Positions 19,801 to 30,713 are shown, counted from the first letter of the stretch. The stretch is DNA of 64,000 bases from Nitrosopumilus sp. (GCA_965218785.1 OZ244650.1:1376001-1440000); one strand, 5' to 3'. Notes: a model not told the origin generated them from the sequence alone. A program made the numbers and translations.

Positions 19801-20070
19801 ATGACCGAGTCATCGCTGCCTTTTCATCTAAAGGAGAAGCTTTTTGAAATACGATTCGAGTCTGACGAACTAATCTCCAGGATCGTGTCTTATTTCCCCC
19901 TGTCCGAATCAGAGAGAGCAGAGATCCGCTCTGCCTTGAGCATTCCATCTTTTGATGGATTTCATTCTATCTTTACAGATACGATAAATCAGGAGGAATG
20001 GGATAAAACCAAGGAACAGATCAAAAAGAGATTCGGTGATGAACTCTTTGACGTTGATGGCATGTCCTAG
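19801..20070 (+). CDS. Hypothetical protein
   Basis: Divergent from fen; TATA-like TTTATA upstream. Confidence 0.65.
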   Translation: MTESSLPFHLKEKLFEIRFESDELISRIVSYFPLSESERAEIRSALSIPSFDGFHSIFTDTINQEEWDKTKEQIKKRFGDELFDVDGMS

Positions 20071-20111
20071 GCTCTAATTTGCTTTATTATGGAGATAATT
20101 CAAGAATATCT

Positions 20112-20193
20112 GCCGGGGTAGCCAAGTGGTAAGGCGGCCGTCTCGAAAACGGCTACGCGCAAGCGTGCAGGGGCTCGAATCCCCTTCCCGGCG
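20112..20193 (+). tRNA. tRNA-Ser (anticodon CGA)
   Basis: Acceptor GCCGGGG/TCCCGGC, anticodon arm GCCGT-CTCGAAA-ACGGC, long variable arm, discriminator G. Confidence 0.93.
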
Positions 20194-20227
20194 CTTCATT
20201 AATTTATGACGAGTTCCAAAAACTATC

Positions 20228-20413
20228 ATGACACAGGAAACTGAATCAAAAATCCAGGAATCTGGAATACCTGTCGCCCAGCTAATCGCGTATTTTCGGG
20301 AAAAATGCAAGGCCTGCGGGCATCACAGGATCATGCACGATGAGTTGGGAAAGTGCGAAGGCGTCATGAACAAGCCGTGCACCGGTGGATGTGATCGTTT
20401 TGAACCCGAATAA
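20228..20413 (+). CDS. Small Cys/His-rich metal-binding protein
   Basis: CKACGHHRIMH...C...C...C. Confidence 0.65.
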   Translation: MTQETESKIQESGIPVAQLIAYFREKCKACGHHRIMHDELGKCEGVMNKPCTGGCDRFEPE

Positions 20414-20859
20414 CTGGTTAGATAGGAATTATAAATTAAATTACAAAAAGACGACTTTACTATGAGTGGCAACTGGAGAAATCATTTATTCGACATTCAT
20501 TTGATTGTCTTGGAATGTTATTGATGATATTTCATGTCAAACGCTTATACTTGAAAAAAACCAGTGTTATTCTATTACATGAGAAAATATAACACGTTGA
20601 TATCCCATTTTATCATCCACTCCAAGATTTTGATTTCGTGATACATCCAATCACTCACACGCATTTTGTAAATATCTATTTTAAAATTTGTCAGTATGCC
20701 CCGGTTTGAAAAATTGCAGGACAGACATTCAGACGTTGTGGAAAATGCTGCAAAATGAGGCATCAAATTGGATGGTTGCAGGTTGGGCAAGTGCGACAGA
20801 GAACTAAGGAAGGGCAAAAAATCAGATCAAACAAATAAAATAAAAGATGTGAAATAGGA

Positions 20860-21057
20860 CTAGCCTAGTTTTTTCTTTGCTTTATTAATCATGCTGGTTT
20901 CTTCACGTAGGTGTTTTTTCAACAGGCGTTCATGATCCTTTTTATGAACGCTGTATGCCTTGCTAAGGGATTGTTTTGATTTTGCCCTTTTCACGGCATT
21001 TTGAAATTTTTTGTGAATGACGTTTACCTGAGCAGTATAACTTGCCATCAATCCCAT
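20860..21057 (-). CDS. Small Lys-rich basic protein
   Basis: 65-aa helical, highly basic ORF. Confidence 0.65.
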   Translation of the reverse strand: MGLMASYTAQVNVIHKKFQNAVKRAKSKQSLSKAYSVHKKDHERLLKKHLREETSMINKAKKKLG

Positions 21058-21166
21058 ACCCCAGAAGACATTAAAGAATCTTGCGCATGCGCCGTTATAC
21101 AGATGTGATCGCAGATCATATCAGAATCAGCGCGATCCATATATTGAACAGACACTTAAAATTTGT

Positions 21167-21694
21167 GTGAGCAGTTCTTTTGATAGACCGGATTGGGATG
21201 AATATTTTATGCTGCAAGCAGAGCTGGCAAAACTCCGCTCAAACTGCATAGCAAGGCAGGTCGGGGCAGTCATAGTGCGAGAACACAGACAGATTGCAAC
21301 AGGATATAACGGAACCCCGCCGGGAATCAAAAATTGTTTTGAAGGAGGATGTAAGAGATGCCAGCTTAGAATGGAAGGCAAGATAAAATCAGGGGAGTCA
21401 CTTGAGAGATGTCTTTGTAATCATGCAGAGGCCAACGCCATAATGCACTGTGCAATCCTGGGAATAGAGGCAGGGGCAAAGGGTGCAATATTATATACAA
21501 CGCTTGTTCCATGCTTGGAATGTACAAAAATGGCAATAACAATTGGGATTAAAAAATTCGTGTGCCTTGACTCATATCCTGAGACAGACTATGAACTGCT
21601 AAAGGAGGCAGGCGTTAAAGTAGTCAGTTTGGAGAAGGAAAAGATTGCAAGGTGGGCAAAAGAACTAGTCAGCAGCTACAAAAATTCCGTGTGA
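21167..21694 (+). CDS. dCMP deaminase family protein
   Basis: RSNC, TGYNG, HAEANA, PCLEC motifs. Confidence 0.92.
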   Translation: MSSSFDRPDWDEYFMLQAELAKLRSNCIARQVGAVIVREHRQIATGYNGTPPGIKNCFEGGCKRCQLRMEGKIKSGESLERCLCNHAEANAIMHCAILGIEAGAKGAILYTTLVPCLECTKMAITIGIKKFVCLDSYPETDYELLKEAGVKVVSLEKEKIARWAKELVSSYKNSV

Positions 21695-21698
21695 GAAG

Positions 21699-24257
21699 AT
21701 GCAAGTAAATATTACAAAAACAGGAAAACTAGAATCAATGCCCCCGGCAATGCTGGTCTCGGCGGCATATGACGGCAGTTCAAAATCAGCTGTTTTAAAG
21801 TTTTATGAACCAGAATCACAGAAACTATTCTTATGCAATGATGAGACAGGCCACAAGCCGTATTGTTACTCTAGGCTGTCTCCAGACGAACTAGATTTTC
21901 TGCAAGAAAGAGACGACGTTCTTGAGATAAAGACGGTTCAAAGATATGATTTGATGGCAGACAAGGAAATCAGCATGTCAAAAATCACCGTGGCAGACCC
22001 GCTTGCAATTGGCGGCACCATGGGGAATAAGAGCATCAGAAATGTGATTGAAGCATGGGAATCGGACATCAAGTATTATGAGAACTATCTTTATGACAGG
22101 GGGCTAATTGTCGGAAGATACTACAAAGTCACAGACGGGAAGATAATACCTCATGATTTGGAAATTTCAGATCAAGTCAAGCTGGCACTAAAGAGTCTGC
22201 TGTGGGACAAAGTCGACAGCAAGTCAATGGTAGATGCAGAACAGTTCAAGAGCTTCATTTCAGAATGGGCAGATCTGTTAAACCAGCCCATTCCAAAGAT
22301 AAAAAGACTGAGTGTTGATATTGAAATCGAGGCGGAGATTGGAAGAATTCCGGATCCCAAGATTGCAGAAAAAAAAGTAACTGCAATCGGCCTAAAGGGA
22401 AGCGACGGGTTTGATCGGATTCTTGTTCTTAGAACAGACGGGACAGAGCAGGGGGTAAACGAACTTGACCAGAACATCAAAGTCACGTTTTATGATTTGA
22501 ACAAGGAAAAAGAGATGATAAGCGACGCATTTGAAATAATCAAATCATTCCCGTTTGTGCTGACATACAACGGGGATGATTTTGATCTGCCATACCTGTA
22601 CAACAGGGCAGTAAGACTTGGAATCAAGAATTCAGAAAACCCACTTTATATGATGAGGGAATCGGCGACACTAAAGAAGGGGGTTCATCTTGATTTGTAT
22701 AGGACGTTTTCTAATCGTTCATTTCAAATTTATGCATTCAGCCAGAAATATACGGATTTTTCACTAAACAGCGTATCAAAGGCCCTGCTGGGAAAAGAAA
22801 AGATCGACTATGGACTGGCATTTGACAAGCTGAGTCTCTACCAAACTGCAAACTACTGCTACAATGACGCCCTGCTGACATACGAGCTGACTAGTTTTAA
22901 CAGTGATTTGCTGATGAATCTTCTGGTGATTATTGCAAGGATTGGAAGGATGCCAATTGATGATATTGCAAGAATGGGAGTCTCGCAGTGGATTAGAAGT
23001 CTGCTGTATTATGAACACAGAAAAAGAAACTACCTGATTCCAAAAAGAGAGGAGCTTCAAAAAAGATCAGAGGGGGTAATGTCAGATGCGATAATCAAGG
23101 ACAAAAAATACAGGGGGGGACTAGTAGTTGATCCCAAGGAAGGAATCCATTTTGACGTGGTAGTCATGGACTTTGCAAGCCTGTATCCGAGCATCATCAA
23201 AGTCAGAAACCTGTCATATGAAACTGTAAGATGCATCCATGAAGAATGCAAAAAGAACAAGATTCCGCAGACAAACCACTGGGCATGTTCAAAAAGAAAC
23301 GGCCTTACATCGATGATTATCGGCTCGTTGCGGGATCTGAGGGTGAATTACTACAAAAGCCTGTCAAAAAAAGAGACACTAACAGACGCACAAAGACAGC
23401 AATATACTGTAATCAGCCAAGCACTCAAGGTAATTCTAAATGCCAGCTACGGCGTGATGGGTGCGGAGATATTTCCATTATACTTTCTTCCTGCAGCAGA
23501 GGCAACGACTGCAATCGGCAGACATACGATTTTAGAGACGATTAAAAAATGCGAGCAGACGGGAGTCGAAGTCCTGTACGGGGATACAGACTCGCTGTTC
23601 ATCAAAAAACCCACCGAGGAGCAGATTCAAAAGGTGATAGACCAGGCAAAAAAAGATCACGGGGTGGATTTGGAGGTTGACAAGGTATACAGATACTGCG
23701 TGTTAAGTAATAGAAAGAAAAACTATCTCGGTGTTACAAAAACAGGCAAGGTGGATGTCAAGGGATTGACTGGCAAGAAATCACATACGCCTCCGTTTAT
23801 CAGAAAACTGTTTTTTGAACTGCTTGACGTGTTATCCAATGTCCAGACAGTGGATGATTTTGAAAAAGCAAAGAGGGAGATTTCAGAAAAAATCGCAATA
23901 TGTGGAAGACGAGTAGTCTCAAAAGAGATACCGGTGGAGGAACTGACATTTAACGTAATGCTTAGCAAGGCCCCATCAGAATATACAAAGACAATTCCGC
24001 AGCACATCAGGGCTGCAAAACAGCTAGAATCGATAAGGGAGATAAAAAAGGGAGACAGAATCTCGTACGTAAAGATTCTAAACAAACCGGGGGTAAAGCC
24101 TGCAGAGCTGGCAAAAAAAGAGGAGATTGATTCTAAAAAATACATGGAATTTATGGAGTCGACCCTGGAACAGATAACATCATCAATGGACTTGGATTTT
24201 GATACGATGCTAGGCAGACCAAAACAGACGGGTCTAGAGGAATTCTTTTGGAGCTAG
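21699..24257 (+). CDS. polB: Family B DNA polymerase
   Basis: Exo I DIEIE, YNGDDFD, DFASLYPS, KVILNASYG, YGDTDS; PIP box QTGLEEFF. Confidence 0.96.
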   Translation: MQVNITKTGKLESMPPAMLVSAAYDGSSKSAVLKFYEPESQKLFLCNDETGHKPYCYSRLSPDELDFLQERDDVLEIKTVQRYDLMADKEISMSKITVADPLAIGGTMGNKSIRNVIEAWESDIKYYENYLYDRGLIVGRYYKVTDGKIIPHDLEISDQVKLALKSLLWDKVDSKSMVDAEQFKSFISEWADLLNQPIPKIKRLSVDIEIEAEIGRIPDPKIAEKKVTAIGLKGSDGFDRILVLRTDGTEQGVNELDQNIKVTFYDLNKEKEMISDAFEIIKSFPFVLTYNGDDFDLPYLYNRAVRLGIKNSENPLYMMRESATLKKGVHLDLYRTFSNRSFQIYAFSQKYTDFSLNSVSKALLGKEKIDYGLAFDKLSLYQTANYCYNDALLTYELTSFNSDLLMNLLVIIARIGRMPIDDIARMGVSQWIRSLLYYEHRKRNYLIPKREELQKRSEGVMSDAIIKDKKYRGGLVVDPKEGIHFDVVVMDFASLYPSIIKVRNLSYETVRCIHEECKKNKIPQTNHWACSKRNGLTSMIIGSLRDLRVNYYKSLSKKETLTDAQRQQYTVISQALKVILNASYGVMGAEIFPLYFLPAAEATTAIGRHTILETIKKCEQTGVEVLYGDTDSLFIKKPTEEQIQKVIDQAKKDHGVDLEVDKVYRYCVLSNRKKNYLGVTKTGKVDVKGLTGKKSHTPPFIRKLFFELLDVLSNVQTVDDFEKAKREISEKIAICGRRVVSKEIPVEELTFNVMLSKAPSEYTKTIPQHIRAAKQLESIREIKKGDRISYVKILNKPGVKPAELAKKEEIDSKKYMEFMESTLEQITSSMDLDFDTMLGRPKQTGLEEFFWS

Positions 24258-24261
24258 CAAA

Positions 24262-24546
24262 ATGGAAGCCGACGGAATTTTATTGACCCTGCTTGGGAGT
24301 GCTGCAGGAATTTTGATTCTCACAGGATGGGTCGAGCAGATCTACAAGGGATACAAGACAAAGAGCCTAAGGGATGTCTCAAAATTTTTGATGATCTTTA
24401 TCTCGGCAGGGGCGGTTTTGTGGTTAATCTACGGTTTCATAGTCTCAGACGTCTTTATCATAGGCACGAATCTTGCAGCAATAGTGTTAATGACGATAGT
24501 ACTACTGATGAAAAAAAGATATGACATGCAGTTACAAAAAAATTAA
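24262..24546 (+). CDS. SemiSWEET/PQ-loop family transporter
   Basis: Three TM helices; Q.YK.YKTKS..DVS...LWLIYG...N pattern. Confidence 0.8.
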   Translation: MEADGILLTLLGSAAGILILTGWVEQIYKGYKTKSLRDVSKFLMIFISAGAVLWLIYGFIVSDVFIIGTNLAAIVLMTIVLLMKKRYDMQLQKN

Positions 24547-24587
24547 TCCGGTCAAGAATTAAATAGAATACGGCAGGATTAAGAAAG

Positions 24588-25244
24588 ATGTTTGTGATAA
24601 ATTGTAAAAACTATGAAGAGATTGCGGGAGATAAGATCATTGAATTTGTAAAGACAGCAGAGAGGGTTTCTAAAAAATACAGGATAAAAATTGCAATTGC
24701 CCCGCCGCAGCATCTTATTGGACTGCTCAGAAACAGTACGATACCAATTTTAGCCCAGCATGTTGATGACTCGGAGATTGGAAGCACCACGGGATTTGTG
24801 ATTCCGGAATTATTGAAAAAATCAGGGGTAAAAGGCTCGCTTGTCAACCACAGCGAACATAGAATTTCAAACAGTGAGATTAAAAATCTGGTCTTAAAAC
24901 TAAGAAAGCTGAGGATGATATCAATTGTATGTGTAAAGGATGTTGCAGAGGCTAAAAAATACGCAAGATTAAATCCGGATTACATTGCAATAGAGCCGCC
25001 AGAACTGATCGGATCAGGCAGGGCAGTATCAAAAGAAAGACCGGAGCTGATTGCAAAAGCTGCAATAGCAGTAAAAAGTGCAAAAAATAAGACAAAGCTG
25101 CTCTGCGGTGCAGGGATCGTTTCAGGTGAGGATGTGGCAAGGGCCTCAGAGTTGGGCTCCAAGGGGATTCTCGTGGCAAGCGGGATTGTCAAATCCAGGG
25201 ACTGGAACAAGGTCATGACAGAATTTGCCAAATCAATGATTTAG
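24588..25244 (+). CDS. tpiA: Triosephosphate isomerase (archaeal type)
   Basis: INCKNY, NHSEH, IEPPELIG, LCGAGI motifs. Confidence 0.93.
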   Translation: MFVINCKNYEEIAGDKIIEFVKTAERVSKKYRIKIAIAPPQHLIGLLRNSTIPILAQHVDDSEIGSTTGFVIPELLKKSGVKGSLVNHSEHRISNSEIKNLVLKLRKLRMISIVCVKDVAEAKKYARLNPDYIAIEPPELIGSGRAVSKERPELIAKAAIAVKSAKNKTKLLCGAGIVSGEDVARASELGSKGILVASGIVKSRDWNKVMTEFAKSMI

Positions 25245-25497
25245 CCAGATGTCTGTTGACATCAAACAGGCAAATTCCCAAAAAGAACACGTAGACAAGT
25301 GACGATCAAAAGATGTTGTATATTGGAATTACCATCCAAAAAGTGGTTCATTCGTTCCCCATATGAAAAAAAATAGAGAGATATTGGAAAAAGATGCATA
25401 CACAGGTAAAATTAGAAGAAATTCAATCATCGACCAACAGACTTATAAGTAATGATTTAGAAAATTTTAAATATTATAATAAAGGTTTGATGAAAAA

Positions 25498-26406
25498 ATG
25501 GTTAAAACAGTAAATCCGAAAGACAGATGTCCAAGATGCGGAAAGGGTACGCTAGTTACAGATGCCAATACCGGAGAGAATTTTTGTGGAAAATGTGGAT
25601 TTGTGATTACAGACAAGGTAGAAGAGTCAGGACCAGAATGGAGATCATTTTCAAACGAGGGTGAAAACAAAAGCAGGGCCGGTGTTCCAACATCGCTTGC
25701 CATGCACGACATGGGATTAGCTACAGTCATCAATCCTCAAAACAGGGATGCCACCGGAAAGCCCCTAACAGCATCCATGAAGAGCACGATTGAAAGGCTG
25801 AGGACGTGGGACAGCAGAAGCCAGGTTCACGAACCAGTTGACAGAAACTTTAGACAGGCATTTAGTGAGTTAGACAGATTAAAAGACAAGCTTGCAGTAG
25901 GCGATGCGGTTATTGAAAAGGCGGCATATATCTACAGAAAGGCGCTAGAAAAGGGTCTGGTCAGAGGACGGTCCATCTCGGCATTAATCGCATCCGCACT
26001 TTACGCAGCATGCAGGGATACGGAAACTCCCAGAACGCTAAAAGACATCGGACAGTCAAGCAACATCAAACGGAAGGATATTGCCAGATGTTACCGCCTG
26101 TTACTAAGGGAGTTAAATCTGAAAATGCCGGTAGTTGATCCAGTAAAATGTATTTCAAGAATTGCAAGCAAGGCAGGCTTGTCTGAAAAAACAAAAAGAA
26201 AAGCTACAAAGATTTTACAGACAGCAGAAGAGCTGAAAATTTCTGCGGGAAAAGATCCGATGGGACTGGCAGCTGCGGCACTATACGTTGCATGTGTGAC
26301 TAACGGGGAGAACAAAACACAAAGAGACGTGGCCGAAGCTGCAGGAGTGACCGAGGTTACCATCAGAAACAGGTACAAGGGCTTGAAACAGGCATTAAAT
26401 CTCTAG
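25498..26406 (+). CDS. tfb: Transcription initiation factor IIB
   Basis: Zn ribbon CPRC...CGKCG, GPEWRSF, cyclin repeats, VTEVTIRNRY. Confidence 0.96.
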   Translation: MVKTVNPKDRCPRCGKGTLVTDANTGENFCGKCGFVITDKVEESGPEWRSFSNEGENKSRAGVPTSLAMHDMGLATVINPQNRDATGKPLTASMKSTIERLRTWDSRSQVHEPVDRNFRQAFSELDRLKDKLAVGDAVIEKAAYIYRKALEKGLVRGRSISALIASALYAACRDTETPRTLKDIGQSSNIKRKDIARCYRLLLRELNLKMPVVDPVKCISRIASKAGLSEKTKRKATKILQTAEELKISAGKDPMGLAAAALYVACVTNGENKTQRDVAEAAGVTEVTIRNRYKGLKQALNL

Positions 26407-27384
26407 GTCGGATGTTTTTTTAGCATAGTATCTCTGTACAAACAGTATGAAGATCGAAAAGGCACCTGCGGCCAACAGCAGTAATTCCAGCGATGAGATA
26501 AGCGAGTGTGAGAATGCCTGCTCAACTGTGATAAAATTCAACTGTGAAATGAAATTCGCATATGAGAATACAAAGTAGTTGGTGGCCCAATGAATCAGCA
26601 ATGAAGTTACAAAACCATATCTGAGATAGACCCATCCCAGAATGATTCCACCGGCAGATGCCTGTGCAAATTTGCCCTCACTCCAGAATTCACCCAAAGC
26701 AACATGGGCAAATCCAAACGCAATCCCTACAAGGACGACGAGGAAGACTGCTTTTTTATAATCGTGAATATCCAGATTGTCAGGCCGCCACAGGCATTTG
26801 ATGAAATATCTCGCAGAAGACCTGTGGGAATACATCAAAAACAAAGGAATTCCGATTAGGATTAAACGGAATCCAAACTCTTCAGTAAGTGGTGCAAGAC
26901 TGACATAAAAAAAATGAATAAGATCATTTTCAACAGGCGGAAAGTCGATTACAATTCCAAATCCCTCCTGAACAAAGTTGATCAGCACTGAAATAAAGAT
27001 CAAGATAGAAAACCATTTTGTCACACCGACCATGTAGTTTGTTGGAGCGTCATATTTTCCAAAGGAGATTATTGGCAGAAGTGACTTTTGAAATCCATGT
27101 TTCGGGCCCAGTACCGCAATTACAAAAATTATCGCATAAAAAGTCCACAATACGGCAAACACATCCCCGATACTAACATCAGCTGTGGCCTGATAGAGTA
27201 CGGTTCCATCAAAGAGGGACAGGTAGGTAAACGGATATTCATGATTGATATCCCCCCCTATCTCGCTTTCAAAGACGATAAAGATTCCTATTGGAAAAGA
27301 GGCAAGAAGCAGTCCAAATATCACGGAGAGTAACGCAGTAAAAGGAATTCCAAGAACATGAAGCACTCTGTTTGAATTTTGCAA
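26395..27384 (-). CDS. CPBP (CAAX/Abi) family intramembrane glutamic endopeptidase
   Basis: PLTEEFGFR, FGFAH, HWATN motifs. Confidence 0.85.
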   Translation of the reverse strand: MQNSNRVLHVLGIPFTALLSVIFGLLLASFPIGIFIVFESEIGGDINHEYPFTYLSLFDGTVLYQATADVSIGDVFAVLWTFYAIIFVIAVLGPKHGFQKSLLPIISFGKYDAPTNYMVGVTKWFSILIFISVLINFVQEGFGIVIDFPPVENDLIHFFYVSLAPLTEEFGFRLILIGIPLFLMYSHRSSARYFIKCLWRPDNLDIHDYKKAVFLVVLVGIAFGFAHVALGEFWSEGKFAQASAGGIILGWVYLRYGFVTSLLIHWATNYFVFSYANFISQLNFITVEQAFSHSLISSLELLLLAAGAFSIFILFVQRYYAKKTSDLEI

Positions 27385-27390
27385 TTTGTT

Positions 27391-27699
27391 CTAATGTAGT
27401 TCTATACTCTCTTCAGGAAAACCCAAACCAATCAGGGTGTTTTTGATAGTGTCCCGGTGATCACCTTGCAGGAAGATATAACCCTCTTTTGCAGTGCCGC
27501 CGCAGGCATACTTGTTTTTGAGTTCCTTGGCGACGGTTTCTAAATTGTTCAATTTGGGATCTAGTCCTTCTATCATTGTTCCCTTTTTCTTAAATCGTCT
27601 TGTCTCTAATCGAATTATGATCTTAGTACTGTCTTTGGCCAGTTCACCACATGCACACAGGTCTTCTGGAAGACCACAAGTATTACAAATTACCGCCAT
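27391..27699 (-). CDS. Translation initiation factor SUI1/aIF1
   Basis: CGLPEDLC, LKNKYACGGT, LQGDHR motifs. Confidence 0.93.
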   Translation of the reverse strand: MAVICNTCGLPEDLCACGELAKDSTKIIIRLETRRFKKKGTMIEGLDPKLNNLETVAKELKNKYACGGTAKEGYIFLQGDHRDTIKNTLIGLGFPEESIELH

Positions 27700-27798
27700 T
27701 CGTTCGAAATAAATTTAATCATACACGTTATTAAGCCTTGTTTGAGGGCAGGAATTAAAATAATCGGATATTTTAGGCAGAAGTCCCAAAGAGGGACA

Positions 27799-28122
27799 AT
27801 GTCAAAAGATCTTACAAAAAAAGCCGTTGAAATGCTGCTAAATGGGGGAACGCTGCTTGGTGAAAAATGCCCGTATTGTTCAGGAGTGAGAGTAATTAAA
27901 GACGGGCGTGCCCTGTGCGCAAGCTGTGGACGCGGGCCCCTAAAAAAGGAGATTCCAAAAGCAGTACGACCGGGGACCATTCTAGAAAAAACCCTGGAAG
28001 GAAAGATCGAGTGTCTGGCAAAAGAACTCGAGGATGAAAAGGACCATATAAAACAGCAGGAGATTCTAAAATCGATCAACTCGTTATTAGAAACGCTGGA
28101 AAAAACGAAGAACAAACAATAA
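27799..28122 (+). CDS. UPF0148/Sjogren autoantigen-like zinc-finger protein
   Basis: MLLNGGTLL...CPYC...CASC; ATG at 27799. Confidence 0.8.
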   Translation: MSKDLTKKAVEMLLNGGTLLGEKCPYCSGVRVIKDGRALCASCGRGPLKKEIPKAVRPGTILEKTLEGKIECLAKELEDEKDHIKQQEILKSINSLLETLEKTKNKQ

Positions 28123-28155
28123 GGTTTTTATGTTAAAATCTGAGGACGGATTGTA

Positions 28156-28320
28156 ATGGCAGATAAAAAATCAGCACCGCTTCCGGCCTCAAGCGGGGGT
28201 CTTATGAGATTCTTTGAAGATGAGACCAAGGGATTCAAGGTGGATCCAAAAATTGTAATATCAGTTCCTATAAGCTTAATTGCAGTATCATGGGCAATCG
28301 ACATATTTCTAGCTCCGTGA
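28156..28320 (+). CDS. Preprotein translocase subunit Sec61beta (archaeal SecG)
   Basis: Hand-translated MADKKSAPLPASSGGLMRFFEDETKGFKVDPKIVISVPISLIAVSWAIDIFLAP; shorter than the ORF-track cutoff. Confidence 0.9.
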   Translation: MADKKSAPLPASSGGLMRFFEDETKGFKVDPKIVISVPISLIAVSWAIDIFLAP

Positions 28321-28327
28321 AAAAACC

Positions 28328-30076
28328 ATGGAAAAGTATTCAGACGATGTTTCAAATATACACGACAGATTCTCCCTTACTCTAATCAATCCGTCCTCAC
28401 ACTATTTTTCACTAGTAGGTTCGCTGATTACAGTGGCAGTAATTTCATTTACGATATATTTCGGGTATTTGAAGGATTTTGGGATTGACGAGGCATGGTA
28501 TAGGGTTCTGGCAGTAATCGGAGTATTACTGCTAACACAGTTATTGGACACGAGGTTTACAAAGAAAAAGGAATACACCAAATCATTACACTCGTCTCTT
28601 TTTGCAAACATGTTGTGGGCAGTCACGCTGTTAATGGGACTGCTGGCAAGCTTTGTTTTGTCAAAAGAAACGTCACTGTTCTTTGTAACTTTTGGCATGT
28701 TTTTGTTTGCGAGTTTTAGAATAGGAATCTACACGACGACTCTTGGAATTAGCATCAGAAAAGCATGGGCAATATGTTTTGTCCAGCCATTAGCAATGTT
28801 TTTCACACTAGTTCCACAAGACATGTGGCTTTCCATGTTAAGTGAACCCGTAACACTGGCGTATGGGGCATCATTTTTGATAATTGCAAGCATGTGGTCA
28901 ATACTGACTGACAGGGCAGGAAGACCTGGTATGGAGAGCACCCATAAAACCATTCAGGCATATCTTGCATCACAGGGAAATGATCATACGGAGGCCGAAG
29001 AAATTATGGAACAGCGTTCAAGTGAGACCAGGGTGTCTACAGCCCAGATAAGACTATCATCATCAACAGGCAAATCAGAATTTAGAATGGTCCTGCCGGA
29101 AATACATCCGGGTCCGTATCATCCCGTAGGTGGAAGCAACATACCGTACCTGATCTACAAAAACCTGGACTCGACTGCAATGATAATGCACAGCATATCA
29201 GATCACTCCCTGAATCTGCCTTCAAAAAACGAGGTGGAAAATTATCTGAAAAATTTGGAAAACAGCACAGTCAAAGAGGAGGGATTGCAGTGTACAGAGC
29301 CTGTAACGGTTCAAATAAACAAGGCAAGGGTTATCGGACTGTTATTTGGAAACAATCCGGTATTATTTTTGTCACTATCCCCGCACGGAATGGAGGACAT
29401 TCCAAGCTACATGAAGACAGACATTGAAACATATGCAAAAAACCGGAACTATGCCAGAACGCTGATAATAGACTCTCACAACGCGATGGGGGAGGAAATT
29501 TCAAAAGAAGACGGCGAAGACATGCTAAAGGCCGCAAAATCCTGCCTGGATACCCTAATTACAAAAGAGAGTTTTCCAATTGAATTCGGTTATGCAAATT
29601 CAGATGACATGGATGTGTGGACCGAGGATTTGGGAATGGGCGGATTGGGGGTCGTGTGCCTCAAGATTAACGACAATGAATATTTTCTCGGATGGGCAGA
29701 TGCAAACAACATGGAAAACGGCGTCAGAGAGAAGATCATCGAGAATTTTGCAAGGGATGGTCACCGGCTGCTTGAAATCTGCACATCAGATACGCATTAT
29801 GCCCCAGTCAAGGCCAGAAATAGAAACGGCTACTACCAGCTCGGATTGATCACAGCCGCAGACAAGCTCTCAAAATGGCTTTTAGATATTGCAAAAAACG
29901 CAGAAACAAAGACCGCGTCTGCAAAATTTGAAATTTTAGAAAATGAAACCAGGGTGAAGGTCATGGGACAGGAGATCTACGAGGATTACTCCAAGGCACT
30001 AGATAATTCCCTAAAAATTACCAAGGGATTTATGATAGGCGGGGTCTTGCTGTTTATCACTAGTCTGTTCCTATAA
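28328..30076 (+). CDS. DUF2070 family membrane protein
   Basis: Multi-TM N-terminal half; HPGP...GGS, MH..SDH, DSHN, D.NN, TSDTH motifs. Confidence 0.82.
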   Translation: MEKYSDDVSNIHDRFSLTLINPSSHYFSLVGSLITVAVISFTIYFGYLKDFGIDEAWYRVLAVIGVLLLTQLLDTRFTKKKEYTKSLHSSLFANMLWAVTLLMGLLASFVLSKETSLFFVTFGMFLFASFRIGIYTTTLGISIRKAWAICFVQPLAMFFTLVPQDMWLSMLSEPVTLAYGASFLIIASMWSILTDRAGRPGMESTHKTIQAYLASQGNDHTEAEEIMEQRSSETRVSTAQIRLSSSTGKSEFRMVLPEIHPGPYHPVGGSNIPYLIYKNLDSTAMIMHSISDHSLNLPSKNEVENYLKNLENSTVKEEGLQCTEPVTVQINKARVIGLLFGNNPVLFLSLSPHGMEDIPSYMKTDIETYAKNRNYARTLIIDSHNAMGEEISKEDGEDMLKAAKSCLDTLITKESFPIEFGYANSDDMDVWTEDLGMGGLGVVCLKINDNEYFLGWADANNMENGVREKIIENFARDGHRLLEICTSDTHYAPVKARNRNGYYQLGLITAADKLSKWLLDIAKNAETKTASAKFEILENETRVKVMGQEIYEDYSKALDNSLKITKGFMIGGVLLFITSLFL

Positions 30077-30713
30077 CTTTCATCTGATCAATATTTCCAT
30101 AAAACTCGTCAATAAACGAGGAGAATTGAAAGATCGGCACGATGGGGACATTCTCTATAAAGTCGACTCTGTCCTGATATAATGTCACAATTACCGGTAC
30201 GGCAGAGGCTCCGGGAGTTTTAGCGACATAATGTTTTGTGCGTTCGATCTGTTTTTTGACGGCAGTTCTCAGCGACGATGTACTGTACCTCTTCCAATGC
30301 TTGCAGTCAATTAGAATTGCTATACCCAACCGGATCCCTATAACGTCAATCTCCATTCTAGGCTTGGTCAGAATCAGGTTTTTGATCACTGCAAAGTGCT
30401 TTGAGATCAAAATCGCGGCAGTCAGCCCTTCAAAATCCTTCCAGTCCAGCACGATGGATATTTCGTCGATTGGAAATCCGTTCTCAAGTAATGTAATGGC
30501 CGCTTGTAATTTGTCGCCGTCTTCAAAGTAATACGAATCGCCCTGCTTTTTACCAATATCATTTTTTATCAGTTCGTCTAGAATTGTTTTCGAGTCAGCG
30601 GCATTCAGATCTGTAACGGCAACAAAATCCTTGACTGAGACACCGCCGGGAATAATTCCCCTCAATCCAACAATGGTTTTGGGATGAATTTTCAACTGAA
30701 TAATCTGATTCAT
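30060..30713 (-). CDS. Restriction-endonuclease-fold (Mrr_cat/NERD-like) protein
   Basis: WKDFE...EIDVIG...IDCKHW PD-(D/E)xK pattern. Confidence 0.75.
   Translation of the reverse strand: MNQIIQLKIHPKTIVGLRGIIPGGVSVKDFVAVTDLNAADSKTILDELIKNDIGKKQGDSYYFEDGDKLQAAITLLENGFPIDEISIVLDWKDFEGLTAAILISKHFAVIKNLILTKPRMEIDVIGIRLGIAILIDCKHWKRYSTSSLRTAVKKQIERTKHYVAKTPGASAVPVIVTLYQDRVDFIENVPIVPIFQFSSFIDEFYGNIDQMKVIGTD

Noticed and set aside
20414-20859. Integrated element at tRNA-Ser and ORF 20575-20817
   Set aside because: No tRNA 3'-end duplication or integrase was seen, and the ORF has no convincing coding features.
21699-24257. Casposon or viral PolB, or an intein
   Set aside because: Normal-length cellular PolB with a PIP box, located among housekeeping genes, with no insertion.
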